A stretch of DNA of 64,000 bases from Patescibacteria group bacterium (GTDB lineage Bacteria > Patescibacteriota > Patescibacteriia > Buchananbacterales > UBA6539), in the NCBI GenBank assembly GCA_041662625.1, contig JBAZSB010000001.1, positions 855,710 through 919,709 of the forward strand, in the 5' to 3' direction. Below are positions 47,523 through 57,411 of this stretch, piece by piece. Made by a program: the position numbers and the translations under genes. Below the pieces are notes generated by a model. The model was not told the origin of the DNA. It ran no database searches and saw nothing but the letters and a program-made list of their open reading frames with translations. How positions within the stretch are numbered: position 1 is the stretch's first letter; the number at the start of each line of letters is the position of its first letter.

Positions 47523-50273
47523 TTAGATTTTTTTCAGTTCTCCCCAGTTCTCCCCGACTTCTACCTCCACGGCAATTGGTGCCCGCAGTTCATAGATTTT
47601 TTCCATAGTCTTTTGGACAAACTCAGCGACTTTTTTCAGATCATTTTGGGGCACTTCAAAAACCAGTTCATCATGAACTTGTAAAATCATTTTGGTTTTG
47701 GGAGAAATGGTTTCTAACTCTTGATGAATTTTAATCATGGCAAGTTTCATCAGATCAGCAGCCGTACCTTGAATAGGATGGTTAATAGCCATGCGTTCGG
47801 CCGAAGAAGCAATCGGCTGAATGTTGGAATTAATTTCTGGTAAATAGCGGCGGCGGCCAAAGAAAGTTTCTACATAACCTTTTTTTCTGGCTAATTCTTT
47901 GGTCTGTTCGAGGTAATTATAAATGTCGCGATGAATGGTAAAATAGCGATCAATGAAATCACGGGCTTGGCCATAAGTTATGCCGGTACCGGCAGCCAAA
48001 CCATGCGGTCCTTGGCCATAGATAATGCCAAAGTTTACCGCTTTTGCGGCATAGCGCATTTGTTTTGTGACTTTTTCTAAAGGTACCTGGTTGATTTCCG
48101 CTGCTGTTCGGGAATGGATATCCTCATTTTTTTTGAAGCTTTCAATCATTCTTTTGTCGTTGGCAAGCGAAGCAATAATCCGCAGTTCAATTTGGGAGTA
48201 ATCAGCTGCCAGAATTTTAAAGCCGCGTGGGGCCACAAAAGCTTTACGGATTTGCTGGCCCAGTTCGGTTCGGATCGGAATATTTTGTAAATTAGGTTCA
48301 GAAGAAGAAAGTCGGCCGGTGGCAGTTATCGTTTGGTTAAAGCTGGTGTGAATCCGGCCGGACAGATCAACCAGTTTAGGCAAAGCATCAAGGTAAGTTG
48401 ATTTCAGTTTAGCCAGTTCGCGGTATTTAATGATTAAATCAATAATTTTATGCTGGCCCCTTAATTTTTCCAGTTCATCGGCAGCGGTAGAAATTCCGGT
48501 TTTGGTGTGGCCAAGGCCTTGGGTGGAAATTTTTAATTTATTAAAAAGGATTTCTTTGAGTTGCAAGGGGGAGGCAATATTAAATTTGGTGCTGGCCAGC
48601 TGGTAAATCTTTTTTTCGAGTTCAACTAAATCCTGATCAACGTGGCGACTCATTTTTTTCAAAAAAGTGGTATCAACCAAAATGCCGTCTTTTTCCATTT
48701 GGGCTAAAACCGGAATTAAGGGCACTTCAATTTTTTGCAAAAGACCCAAATTGTTTTTTTCTTCGAGTTGCTTGGTTAAAGGTTTAACCAGGCGCCAGGT
48801 GAAATCAGCGTCTTCGCCAGAGTACCAAGCGACTTTTTCCAGCGGGACTTCTTTGAGAGTAATTTGATCCTTACCTTTTTTGCCGATTAGGTCGGTGATG
48901 GGCTGCATTTGGTAACCTAGTTCAGTGAAAACCAGCCCGTCTAAATTATGCTGCCGGCTGCCGGGGTTAATTAAGTAAGAGGCAATCATGGTGTCAAAAA
49001 CAACGCCTTTTAATTCCAGGCCAGCCGTCTGCAGGGTTTCCAGATCAAATTTAATATTATGCCCGACTTTTTTAATTTGGGGATCAGCTAAAATTGGTTT
49101 AATAATTTCTAGCCAGGCTCGTTGAGCCGGTAAATAGTAGGCAATCCCCGCTTGCCAGCAAAAACTGATGCCTAAAAGTTCGGCGTTAAACTGGTCCAGG
49201 CCGGAAGTTTCCGTATCCAAAGCGAAGATTTTTTGTTTTTTTAGTTCGCTAACAAATTTTTTGAAATCAGCTTCAGCTTTGATTAATTGGTAGTTGGCAT
49301 TTGCAGGCCTGGCGCCGCCATCGCGTTTTCCCGCTCGGTCTTGGTCACTAAATTCAAACCGGCCTTGGCCCGGGATGGTGCCTTTTTGCAAATCCTTTGG
49401 TAATTTGTTAATTAGAGACTTAAATTCTAATTCCTGAAAAAGCGGAATGACTTTACCCACGTCATAGGGGCGGACTTTGGCGTCTTCCAGCTTAAATTTG
49501 ATTGGCACGTCAAAAATCAGCTGGCTGAGCTTTTTTGACATCAAAGCTTCTTTTTTTTGCTCTGAAAGCAAAGCGCGGTAGCGGTCCGGGATTTTTTTTG
49601 CTTCTAAATTTTTATATAAATTATCCAAAGTTTTAAATTCTTTAAGCAGGGTAATTGCCCCTTTTTCACCAATTCCTTTAACCCCGGGAATGTTATCTGA
49701 GGGGTCGCCGCGCAAAGCTTTGTAATCAACCATTTGCTCTGGCGTCAAACCTTCAAACCGGCGTTTAACTTCGGCGATATCGTAAGTCAGGGTGTCGGAG
49801 ATTCCTTTATGCATGGTATAAACTTCAGTGTTTTGGTCAACCAGTTGTAAAGTGTCCAAGTCACCGGTGACAATAATAGTCAGTAAGTCTTGGACTGATT
49901 TATCTTTAACCAAAGTGGCAATCACATCATCAGCTTCAAAACCTTCTTTTTCGTAAATTGGCAGGTTAAAAGCTTTGACCACTTCTTTGACTTTAGGAAT
50001 TTGAGCGTAGAGTTCGTCGGGTTGTTTTATCCGGGTCGCTTTGTATTCTTTGTATTCTTTATGGCGAAATGTCGGGGCTTTCAAATCAAAAGTCACGGCT
50101 AAATAATCCGGCTTTAAATCTTTTAGGACTTTAAGCAGAATCATGGTAAAGCCGTAGACCGCATTAACAATTTCGCCGGACTTAGTCTGCAAAGTCGGTG
50201 GCAAAGCGTGCCAGGCGCGGTGGAGCAAAGCATTGCCATCAATGATGATAAATTTATCCTTTTTTGAGCTCAT
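47523..50273 (-). CDS. polA: DNA polymerase I (5'-3' exonuclease, 3'-5' exonuclease, polymerase)
   Basis: 916 aa; FIIIDGNALLHRAWHA, motif A DYSQIELR, motif C HDE. Confidence 0.9.
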   Translation of the reverse strand: MSSKKDKFIIIDGNALLHRAWHALPPTLQTKSGEIVNAVYGFTMILLKVLKDLKPDYLAVTFDLKAPTFRHKEYKEYKATRIKQPDELYAQIPKVKEVVKAFNLPIYEKEGFEADDVIATLVKDKSVQDLLTIIVTGDLDTLQLVDQNTEVYTMHKGISDTLTYDIAEVKRRFEGLTPEQMVDYKALRGDPSDNIPGVKGIGEKGAITLLKEFKTLDNLYKNLEAKKIPDRYRALLSEQKKEALMSKKLSQLIFDVPIKFKLEDAKVRPYDVGKVIPLFQELEFKSLINKLPKDLQKGTIPGQGRFEFSDQDRAGKRDGGARPANANYQLIKAEADFKKFVSELKKQKIFALDTETSGLDQFNAELLGISFCWQAGIAYYLPAQRAWLEIIKPILADPQIKKVGHNIKFDLETLQTAGLELKGVVFDTMIASYLINPGSRQHNLDGLVFTELGYQMQPITDLIGKKGKDQITLKEVPLEKVAWYSGEDADFTWRLVKPLTKQLEEKNNLGLLQKIEVPLIPVLAQMEKDGILVDTTFLKKMSRHVDQDLVELEKKIYQLASTKFNIASPLQLKEILFNKLKISTQGLGHTKTGISTAADELEKLRGQHKIIDLIIKYRELAKLKSTYLDALPKLVDLSGRIHTSFNQTITATGRLSSSEPNLQNIPIRTELGQQIRKAFVAPRGFKILAADYSQIELRIIASLANDKRMIESFKKNEDIHSRTAAEINQVPLEKVTKQMRYAAKAVNFGIIYGQGPHGLAAGTGITYGQARDFIDRYFTIHRDIYNYLEQTKELARKKGYVETFFGRRRYLPEINSNIQPIASSAERMAINHPIQGTAADLMKLAMIKIHQELETISPKTKMILQVHDELVFEVPQNDLKKVAEFVQKTMEKIYELRAPIAVEVEVGENWGELKKI

Positions 50274-50355
50274 AGTAAATTAAGCGAGTTCAGTAAATTA
50301 AGCGAGTTAAGTCCACTTAATTTACTGAACTCGCTGAACTCGCTTAATTTACTTA
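50274..50355. repeat. Composite palindromic repeat immediately upstream of the polA start
   Basis: Units A=AGTAAATTAA and B=GCGAGTTC are arranged A-B-A-B / gtccac / A'-B'-B'-A'. Confidence 0.6.
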
Positions 50356-50463
50356 TTATATTATACCATTTTCCTTTTAATAAATCCTTGGCTAAATAAA
50401 AACCCCTGGTGGGCTTGCGCACGCACCAGGAGGTGAATACAGTTCGAGTTCAGCGGACTTGGT

Positions 50464-50811
50464 TCAGCCCACTTGTCTAATCCTCCGCAGCAAAGCTTGG
50501 GGGTGATAGGGCTTCCAGACGATAGCCTGCACTCCGGCTTGCTGACAACGATCGGCCAGCGATCTATCCACCCCTTTATCTAGGGTGACAATCACTGGAT
50601 AGTTCGGCCAGGCTGCCTTGACTAGTTCCAGGTTACCAATACCTTGGTCATCCGGAACGTGTAGGACTATGACCGTTGGTCCGTCAGTCGTCAGGTTAAC
50701 ATCACTGACTTTCTGGTTCAGCGAAACCGGAAAACCCGCCGCCTGAAGGGTATTGGCCACGCCACCCAGACTAAGGCTTTCGCCAATGAACACTACTTTT
50801 GGTTTTTCCAT
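50464..50811 (-). CDS. Stand-alone degenerate receiver (REC-like) domain protein, high GC
   Basis: Matches the REC pattern around VIVLHVPDDQGIG and KPY, but the N-terminal acidic pair is replaced (FIGES). A terminator hairpin on the minus strand at 50405-50440. Confidence 0.4.
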   Translation of the reverse strand: MEKPKVVFIGESLSLGGVANTLQAAGFPVSLNQKVSDVNLTTDGPTVIVLHVPDDQGIGNLELVKAAWPNYPVIVTLDKGVDRSLADRCQQAGVQAIVWKPYHPQALLRRIRQVG

Positions 50812-50832
50812 CGCTGTTTCCTCCGCGATGAT

Positions 50833-51801
50833 TTAGTTCGGGATCAGCCCCAGTTCGTCCAGCACCCGCTTCAGAATCGCAGTGTTGGCCGGTTGCATCG
50901 GGACCAGCGGTAGTCTGAAACAGGCTTTCTCGATCACTTTCCTCTGGGCAAGAGCCTCTTTCACGCCCAACGGGTTGGTCTCGATGAAAAGACCTCCTTT
51001 ACCGAAGAGTGTTTCCAGTCGGTGGTGGATGGCAAAGCCAGCCGCTCGGTCATCACATATTTGGCCGTTAGCCGCAGCGAAGTGGTCAACCATAACCTTG
51101 ACTTGGTCAGTGATGCAGGATGCGACTGAAATCACACCGTTGCAGTCGCCAGTCGCCATGACTTGAGCCGTGATGCCGTCATCACCAGACCAGATGACAA
51201 AGTCCGCTGGGCATTGTTTCCGTAAGGCAGCGAAGCGAGCCGGGTCACCTTCAGCTTCTTTGTGGCCGATGTAATGGGGGAATTCCCGAGCCAGTTCGAC
51301 AATCACCTCGACTGGAATGGGTCCGCCGCCGGTCCGTGCCGAAACCGAGTAGCTGATGAAGGGGATACCGAGTTTGGCGATGGCTCGGAAATGCGCCAGC
51401 ACACCCTCCGGCGTGGGGTTGTTGTAGTACGGCTTTACGATCAAAACCGCATTGGCGCCAGCTTCGGCCGCTCTCCTGGTTAGCCAGATCGCCTCCTTGG
51501 TGCTGTTGGCACCAGTGCCAGCGATAACCGGAACGCGACCGTCGACCGTACCGATGGTCCAGGAAATGTAGGCGAGTTGTTCTTCATGACTCATGGTCGC
51601 CGGCTCGCCCGTGGTGCCGGCCGCCAGGATGGCGTCGTTGCGGCATGGGTCGATGAGATGGTCAATCAGTTTGGCCTGCTGCGCAAAATCGATTGGCGCA
51701 TCATCTGGTCCCAAGCCATTACTGGCATAGACCGTGGGCATTGCTGGGATACAGCGCAAAGCCCTGGCTGTCTTTCTGGTCAGTAGCTCATGTGGTTTCA
51801 T
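50833..51801 (-). CDS. DapA/NAL-family class I aldolase (dihydrodipicolinate-synthase-like), high GC
   Basis: AAGTTGE, YYN, IGHKEAEG (Schiff-base Lys region); GC about 58%. Confidence 0.6.
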   Translation of the reverse strand: MKPHELLTRKTARALRCIPAMPTVYASNGLGPDDAPIDFAQQAKLIDHLIDPCRNDAILAAGTTGEPATMSHEEQLAYISWTIGTVDGRVPVIAGTGANSTKEAIWLTRRAAEAGANAVLIVKPYYNNPTPEGVLAHFRAIAKLGIPFISYSVSARTGGGPIPVEVIVELAREFPHYIGHKEAEGDPARFAALRKQCPADFVIWSGDDGITAQVMATGDCNGVISVASCITDQVKVMVDHFAAANGQICDDRAAGFAIHHRLETLFGKGGLFIETNPLGVKEALAQRKVIEKACFRLPLVPMQPANTAILKRVLDELGLIPN

Positions 51802-51927
51802 CGTTTACTACTCCTTCTCGGTTACTGGGATTTACTCCCAATCTAAGTCCAATTGTCAATATTACCTGGTAATTTAGTTTAGACTATTTTGTTGTTTTTA
51901 GTCAATATTTCTGTTAAAATTAGATTA

Positions 51928-51993
51928 AGTAAATCAAGCTGGCAAGTTAGTAAGCAGCTTGATTTACTGATTAACTTGCTAGCTTGATTTACT
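51928..51993. repeat. Palindromic repeat cluster immediately upstream of smc
   Basis: AGTAAATCAAGCT / AGCTTGATTTACT is a perfect 13-bp inverted repeat, plus a third direct copy; related to the 50274 repeat units. Confidence 0.6.
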
Positions 51994-52000
51994 AACCAAA

Positions 52001-54373
52001 ATGTTTCTTCAGAAAATCGAAATTCACGGCTTCAAATCGTTTGCTCAAAAAACTATTTTAGAATTTCCACGGCCCGGCCAGGGCTGTCCTTTAGTTAGAA
52101 ACACCGGGCGAAGCGGCGAACCTAACCAGTTAGGCCAGGGACTGTGTGGTATCGCCTGTATTGTCGGTCCCAACGGTTCAGGCAAATCCAATATTGTCGA
52201 TTCCATCCGCTGGGTTTTGGGCGAGCAAAGTTTAAAAAGCCTGCGCGGCAAAAAATCCCAGGATATAATTTTTGCCGGTTCGGAAAAAAAGGCCAAACTT
52301 GGGTTAGCCCAGGTGTCTTTACATATCAATAATGAAGACGGCGCTATGCCGTTTGATTACCCGGAAGTGGTAATTTCCCGCAAACTTTACCGGAGCGGCG
52401 AAAGTGAATATTGGATCAATAAAAGCCGGGTGCGGCTCCAGGATATTTTACTTTTGGTGGCTAAAGCAAATTTTGGTCAGAAAAGTTACAGCATTGTTTC
52501 TCAGGGTTCGATTGATCAAGTGATTATGGCTAACCCCAATGAACGCAAAGATTATTTTGATGAAGCGGTTGGGGTCAAAGAGTTTCAGCTCAAGCGGGAC
52601 CAGTCTTTGAATAAATTGGAGAGTGCTTGGAACAATTTACGGCAAGTTGATGCTTTGTTAACCGAGATTAAACCCCGCTTAAATTCTTTAACGCGGCAGG
52701 TGCGCCGACTCGAAAAGCGGGAAAAGATTGAAGCCGAACTTAAAACCGTCCAGCAGCAATATTACGGCTGGCTTTGGCAGGAGTTGAATAATAAAATTAA
52801 AAAACTTAAGCCCGAGCTAGAAAACGGTGAATCAAACCTGGCCGCTTTTATCAAGGAATTAAAAGAAGTCCAGGCCCAGCTTCAGTCTTTGGAAAAAGAA
52901 GATTCAAGAAGTAAAATTTTTAATGACTTGCAGCAAAAATACCAGCAGGCTTTGGACCAAAAAAATAAACTGCGGGAAGAGCAGCTGATTTTACAAAATA
53001 AAATTGAACTAGCCCAGCAGCGCCTGATTGAAAAAGCCGTGCCAATGAGCCTAGCGGAAATCATTTCTAAATTAAAGGAAATTGATGAAACTGAGCAGAA
53101 GATTTTGGCTAATTTGGAGAGTAAAGAACCGGCTCAATTAGCTCAGCTTAAAGAAGATATCCGGGAGCTTGGTCGGCTGATTAAAGATTTGCGGCAGCAA
53201 TTAGAAGATCCCAAAATTAAAGAAAAAGTTAAAGCCGAAGTTGATCAAGATTTAGTTAACGATTTAAAAGAAGTGGAAACAGATTTAATAGACGTCACTA
53301 AACGACTGGAAACCAGTCGGCAAGATATTGAAAATTTCAATCAGCAAGAAGAAAAGAAAAAAGGTAAATTTTTTGAACTGCAGCGCCAAATTACCAGTAA
53401 ACAAAATCAGTATAATCAGTTGGCCGGCCAAGTTTCTGAACTGCGGGTGGAAATGGCTAAACTGGAAACTCGTCAGCAGGATTTAAAACAGGAAATCAAA
53501 GGTGAAATGCAGGATTTACAATGGCTCGATAGTTTTGCCGCTGGCAAAATCAATGAGCCAGAACTTCATACCGAAATGATCCATCTCAAGCGGCAGCTGG
53601 AATTGATTGGCGGAGTTGATCCCGAAACCGTCAAAGAGTATCAGGAAACCAAAGAGCGCCATGATTTCTTGGCCGAGCAAGCTGAAGATTTAAGGCAATC
53701 GATTAATTCTTTGGAAAAAGTCATCAATGATTTGGATGATAAAATCCAGCTTCAGTTTGATACGGCTTTTAAACACATTAATCAGGAATTTTCTAAATTC
53801 TTCAAGGTTTTATTTGGTGGCGGCAAGGCTGAGTTGTTCTTGATAAAAGAAGATTTAAGTAATGAGAGCGATCAGCGATCAGTAAGCAGCGATCAGCCAG
53901 CCGAAACCGAATCAGATGGTGAGCAACAGCCCGGCATTTTAGACAAGCTGATGGCAGCCGAAGAAAATTTAAGTCTCAAGAGATTTTTGAAAAAAAAGAC
54001 CGGCAAAGTCATTACTGGCATTGATATCACGGCAACTCCGCCGGGCAAAAAAGTTTCTTCAATTAATATGCTTTCCGGCGGTGAACGGTCGCTGGCTTCC
54101 ATTGCCTTGATTTGTGCGGTGATTGCCAATAACCCTTCACCCTTTGTGATTCTTGATGAAGTTGACGCGGCTTTAGATGAAGCCAATTCTCAGCGCTTTT
54201 CCCAAATCATCACTGAGCTTTCTCATAAAACTCAGTTTATTGTTATTACTCACAATCGTTCAACCATGCATCAGGCTAATATTTTGTATGGTGTGACTAT
54301 GGGCGAAGATGGGATTTCAAAACTAATCAGTTTGAAAATGGAAGAAGCTCAGAGGATGGTCAGGCCGAATTGA
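52001..54373 (+). CDS. smc: SMC-like chromosome-segregation ATPase (short, no obvious hinge)
   Basis: Walker A GPNGSGKSN; long coiled coil; C-terminal LSGGERSLASIAL signature and DEVDAALD Walker B. Confidence 0.7.
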   Translation: MFLQKIEIHGFKSFAQKTILEFPRPGQGCPLVRNTGRSGEPNQLGQGLCGIACIVGPNGSGKSNIVDSIRWVLGEQSLKSLRGKKSQDIIFAGSEKKAKLGLAQVSLHINNEDGAMPFDYPEVVISRKLYRSGESEYWINKSRVRLQDILLLVAKANFGQKSYSIVSQGSIDQVIMANPNERKDYFDEAVGVKEFQLKRDQSLNKLESAWNNLRQVDALLTEIKPRLNSLTRQVRRLEKREKIEAELKTVQQQYYGWLWQELNNKIKKLKPELENGESNLAAFIKELKEVQAQLQSLEKEDSRSKIFNDLQQKYQQALDQKNKLREEQLILQNKIELAQQRLIEKAVPMSLAEIISKLKEIDETEQKILANLESKEPAQLAQLKEDIRELGRLIKDLRQQLEDPKIKEKVKAEVDQDLVNDLKEVETDLIDVTKRLETSRQDIENFNQQEEKKKGKFFELQRQITSKQNQYNQLAGQVSELRVEMAKLETRQQDLKQEIKGEMQDLQWLDSFAAGKINEPELHTEMIHLKRQLELIGGVDPETVKEYQETKERHDFLAEQAEDLRQSINSLEKVINDLDDKIQLQFDTAFKHINQEFSKFFKVLFGGGKAELFLIKEDLSNESDQRSVSSDQPAETESDGEQQPGILDKLMAAEENLSLKRFLKKKTGKVITGIDITATPPGKKVSSINMLSGGERSLASIALICAVIANNPSPFVILDEVDAALDEANSQRFSQIITELSHKTQFIVITHNRSTMHQANILYGVTMGEDGISKLISLKMEEAQRMVRPN

Positions 54374-54440
54374 GGAAGAAGTGAATAAAGTTGATATAGC
54401 GATAAAGCGATAGAGTGAATAGAGCGATCGGCGATCAAGT

Positions 54441-54468
54441 CAGCTTTGTGGAGCTGACTTTTTGAAAA
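54441..54468 (+). terminator. Rho-independent terminator of smc
   Basis: GTCAGCT-ttgtgg-AGCTGAC followed by TTTTT. Confidence 0.7.
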
Positions 54469-54517
54469 AAGAAGTTGAAAATGGTTTTAAAAAAATAAGG
54501 CACCTCCGCAGAAGCGC

Positions 54518-54847
54518 CTATATTGGCTGGAGTTCGAAGACGAGAACACCGAGTCGACTAACATCACCCTTAAGTACTTCCCTCAGAGCAGCCAGAAGGG
54601 CATCCTGCTCCGTATCAGGATTAGGATAGATGCGTCGATAGTCCTCTGTTTTGAGGGCATCTTCTAGTGTGGGATACTCCCGGATGCCCGTGACTTTTCT
54701 TCCGTGTCTATTGTTAAAGATTATGGTATCTCCAACTTTAACCTCCCTGAAGATACGGTGTCCAAGTCGGATCTCCAAATCTTTGCTGCCGTCCTCGATG
54801 AACGGCAGCACAAGACGCATCACGAACCAACTGTGCGTTGCCGACAT
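54518..54847 (-). CDS. ASCH (PUA-like) domain protein, elevated GC
   Basis: 109 aa; SD AAGGAGG lies 8 nt upstream of the ATG. Confidence 0.4.
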   Translation of the reverse strand: MSATHSWFVMRLVLPFIEDGSKDLEIRLGHRIFREVKVGDTIIFNNRHGRKVTGIREYPTLEDALKTEDYRRIYPNPDTEQDALLAALREVLKGDVSRLGVLVFELQPI

Positions 54848-55146
54848 CTTAAGCCCTCCTTGTTGAAATGGATTGCAGTAAAAGAGATTATCATTTTTTA
54901 TCTAGGTTGTCAATTGAAATATGATTGGATCTTGACTATTCTATTGGGGTATGTAATAATGTCATTACTTAATTACCTGTGGTAATTAGGGCAAAGGTTG
55001 AAAAGCTCACCGCCCCGGCTTTAAATGGGACGACTAATTAATTCATAGGTTATTTTTTTTACGCAAATGTTGCAAATTAATGCGAATAACACCGATAAGC
55101 AATTCGCATAATTTGCAGGTATTCGTGTAATTAGCATCCTAAAACT

Positions 55147-55656
55147 ATGTTAAAAATCAGACTTGCCAGAATTGGCAAAAAGAAAAAACCAACTTACCGC
55201 TTTATTGTTTCCGAAGCCGGCCGAGATACTTATGGCAAAGCTTTGGAGATTTTGGGTTCTTATAATCCATTTTCCAAAGTCTGCGACGTCAAAAAAGACC
55301 GGATTTTGTACTGGATTTCTAAAGGTGCTCAAGCTTCACCAACCGCCCACAATCTGTTAGTTGACCAAAATGTGATTAGTGGTGCCAAACTAAAAGCTTC
55401 CAAGGGTGGCAAAAAGAAAGACGCGGAAGTAGCCGCGGAAAAAAACGCAGAAGGAAACGCGCCTTTCGACTCCGCTCAAGGCGCCTCGAGCGCAGTCGAG
55501 ATGGCGGAAAGTAAAGCTGAAGTTAAGGTAGCCGCGGAAACCGCGGAAAAGCCTGCCGAAAAAGTTGCAGAAAATACAGAAGTCAAAGTGGAAGAAAAGA
55601 AAGAAGAAAAGGTGGAAGAGAAAACTGAAGCTAAACCGGCTGAACCAGCAGCTTAG
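55147..55656 (+). CDS. rpsP: 30S ribosomal protein S16 with a KAE-rich C-terminal extension
   Basis: MLKIRLARIGKKKKPTYRFIVSE ... ILGSYNP ... ILYWISKGAQ. Confidence 0.9.
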   Translation: MLKIRLARIGKKKKPTYRFIVSEAGRDTYGKALEILGSYNPFSKVCDVKKDRILYWISKGAQASPTAHNLLVDQNVISGAKLKASKGGKKKDAEVAAEKNAEGNAPFDSAQGASSAVEMAESKAEVKVAAETAEKPAEKVAENTEVKVEEKKEEKVEEKTEAKPAEPAA

Positions 55657-55754
55657 CAAAAACATTTCATTAAATTGAAGGCGGCATCTTGCGATGCTGT
55701 CTTTTTTTAGTCTCGTTTGACATTATTATTAGTCGTGCTAAGATAGGAATATGA

Positions 55755-55877
55755 CCCGGTAGTGATCCCCCCACTTTTATATGTGGGATCACAAACGGGT
55801 GAGATATAAAAAATTATAATTAATATTATTAATAGATAACTCCCATAATTAAAAAAGTGGGGGGGACTACTACCGGG
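55755..55877. mobile_element. 123-bp MITE, family C copy A, with 24-bp TIRs and a TATGA target duplication
   Basis: CCCGGTAGTGATCCCCCCACTTTT ... AAAAGTGGGGGGGACTACTACCGGG; flanked by TATGA on both sides. Confidence 0.8.
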
Positions 55878-56003
55878 TATGAAAATTAACCTTAGCCAAA
55901 ATTCAAGCTGGTCAAATGGTTCAAGCTCAAGCAGTTCATCATGCTGCCGCTTTTTTGGTGGAAGGTTAATTTCTGGCTAAATCATAGACCAATTCAGATA
56001 GAA

Positions 56004-56033
56004 ACCAACCTTTCACCAGAAAGGTTGTTTGTT
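56004..56033 (+). terminator. Rho-independent terminator ahead of the serA cassette
   Basis: AACCTTTC-acca-GAAAGGTT followed by a T-run. Confidence 0.6.
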
Positions 56034-56076
56034 TTTTAGGGAGGAATAGTTCTTCAACAAACAAGGAGTTGGTGCC

Positions 56077-57384
56077 ATGACGAGAAGAATAGAAGGAAGG
56101 GCAGTATTACTGCTCGACAATATTGGCCCGGAGGCTGTACCAATCCTGGAGCAAGTGGGTGTCAGAGTCATTGATGCCAAGCGAGGTTTTGACAAAGATG
56201 CTGAAGCTGCTTTGTGTCAGTACATTACCGTGAATTTCCAAACCGGCGAATTAGCTGCCATCTGCCTGCGTAGTTCGACTACACTGGGAGCAGCGATCAT
56301 GCCGTTTCTGCGAGAAATGGGCGTCGAACTCATTGTCCGGTTTGGCTCAGGAACGGATAACATTGATGAGACAGCCGCCAGTGAAGTCGGGATCATCGTG
56401 GAGAACACGGCTGGCCAGAATGCCAATGGCGTAGCCGAGCTCGTGCCCGCTTTCATGGTTGCCTTGACTCGAAATGTTGATAAGGCCATCAAGGCGATGC
56501 TTGCCCGAGAAATATTGCCCAAGCTGTTGGCTGCTAGAGCACAGTTGAGCGATTGCCCGAGTGCTATTGATGAGCTGGTCACCCAGTTGCAAGGTTATGC
56601 TAAGGCTGAGAAGACCGGCTTTAAGGGTACCGAGATCGAAGGCAAGACGGTAGGCATCATCGGCTTGGGCCGAATTGGCTCAAAGGTAGCCAGAAAACTG
56701 CTCGGTATGGGGATGAAGGTTTTGGCTTATGACCCGAAATCCGAGCTGGAAATTACTGGTGTCACTCGAGTTGAACTGGCAACGCTTCTGGCCGAGTCAG
56801 ACTTCATCACCATCCACGCCAGTGGCAGCCAGCAGTTGATTGGTCAAGAAGAGATTCAGCAGATGGCAAAAAGACCATATCTGTTTAACCTCGCGCGGCG
56901 TGGGGTCGTGGATTTGGCGGCAGTTATGGCGGCACTGCAGGCCGATCAACTAGCCGGCTTTGCGTCAGACCTGGACGATCCGGCACATCCCGTATTTGGT
57001 TTGGCTCATACGATCATCACGCCTCACATCGGTGCCACCACTAAAGAGTCAGAAGCACGCTGTGCTCAAGTAGGTGCTCAACACGTGGTCGACTGGCTGA
57101 CTGACGGTTTCATCTGTGATGGCGTCAATATTCCGGACACGGCTATCAAGCGACGTCAGAATGGCCGGTTGGTGGTCTTGAACCGGAATGAGCCGGGAGC
57201 ACTTGGCGCAGTTACTGACTGCGTGAGAGATCGAGGCCTCAATATTCATTCCTTGGCGAATGAAGGTCGGGAACGGGGTGGACTGGCCTACACCGTCATG
57301 GACCTAGATGATCCTTTTGGTGAAGACCTGATTGCTGCCCTGGCAGCGTTGCCTCAGGTCGTGAGGGTTATTGGTTTGAAGTAA
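56077..57384 (+). CDS. serA: D-3-phosphoglycerate dehydrogenase-like 2-hydroxyacid dehydrogenase with a C-terminal ACT domain, high GC
   Basis: GIIGLGRIGSKVA NAD-binding motif, catalytic-domain pattern, C-terminal ACT (RLVVLNRNEPGALGAV); SD AAGGAG; GC about 55%. Confidence 0.75.
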   Translation: MTRRIEGRAVLLLDNIGPEAVPILEQVGVRVIDAKRGFDKDAEAALCQYITVNFQTGELAAICLRSSTTLGAAIMPFLREMGVELIVRFGSGTDNIDETAASEVGIIVENTAGQNANGVAELVPAFMVALTRNVDKAIKAMLAREILPKLLAARAQLSDCPSAIDELVTQLQGYAKAEKTGFKGTEIEGKTVGIIGLGRIGSKVARKLLGMGMKVLAYDPKSELEITGVTRVELATLLAESDFITIHASGSQQLIGQEEIQQMAKRPYLFNLARRGVVDLAAVMAALQADQLAGFASDLDDPAHPVFGLAHTIITPHIGATTKESEARCAQVGAQHVVDWLTDGFICDGVNIPDTAIKRRQNGRLVVLNRNEPGALGAVTDCVRDRGLNIHSLANEGRERGGLAYTVMDLDDPFGEDLIAALAALPQVVRVIGLK

Positions 57385-57411
57385 CCTGGCGTAAGCTAGA
57401 GTTCTTAGTTC

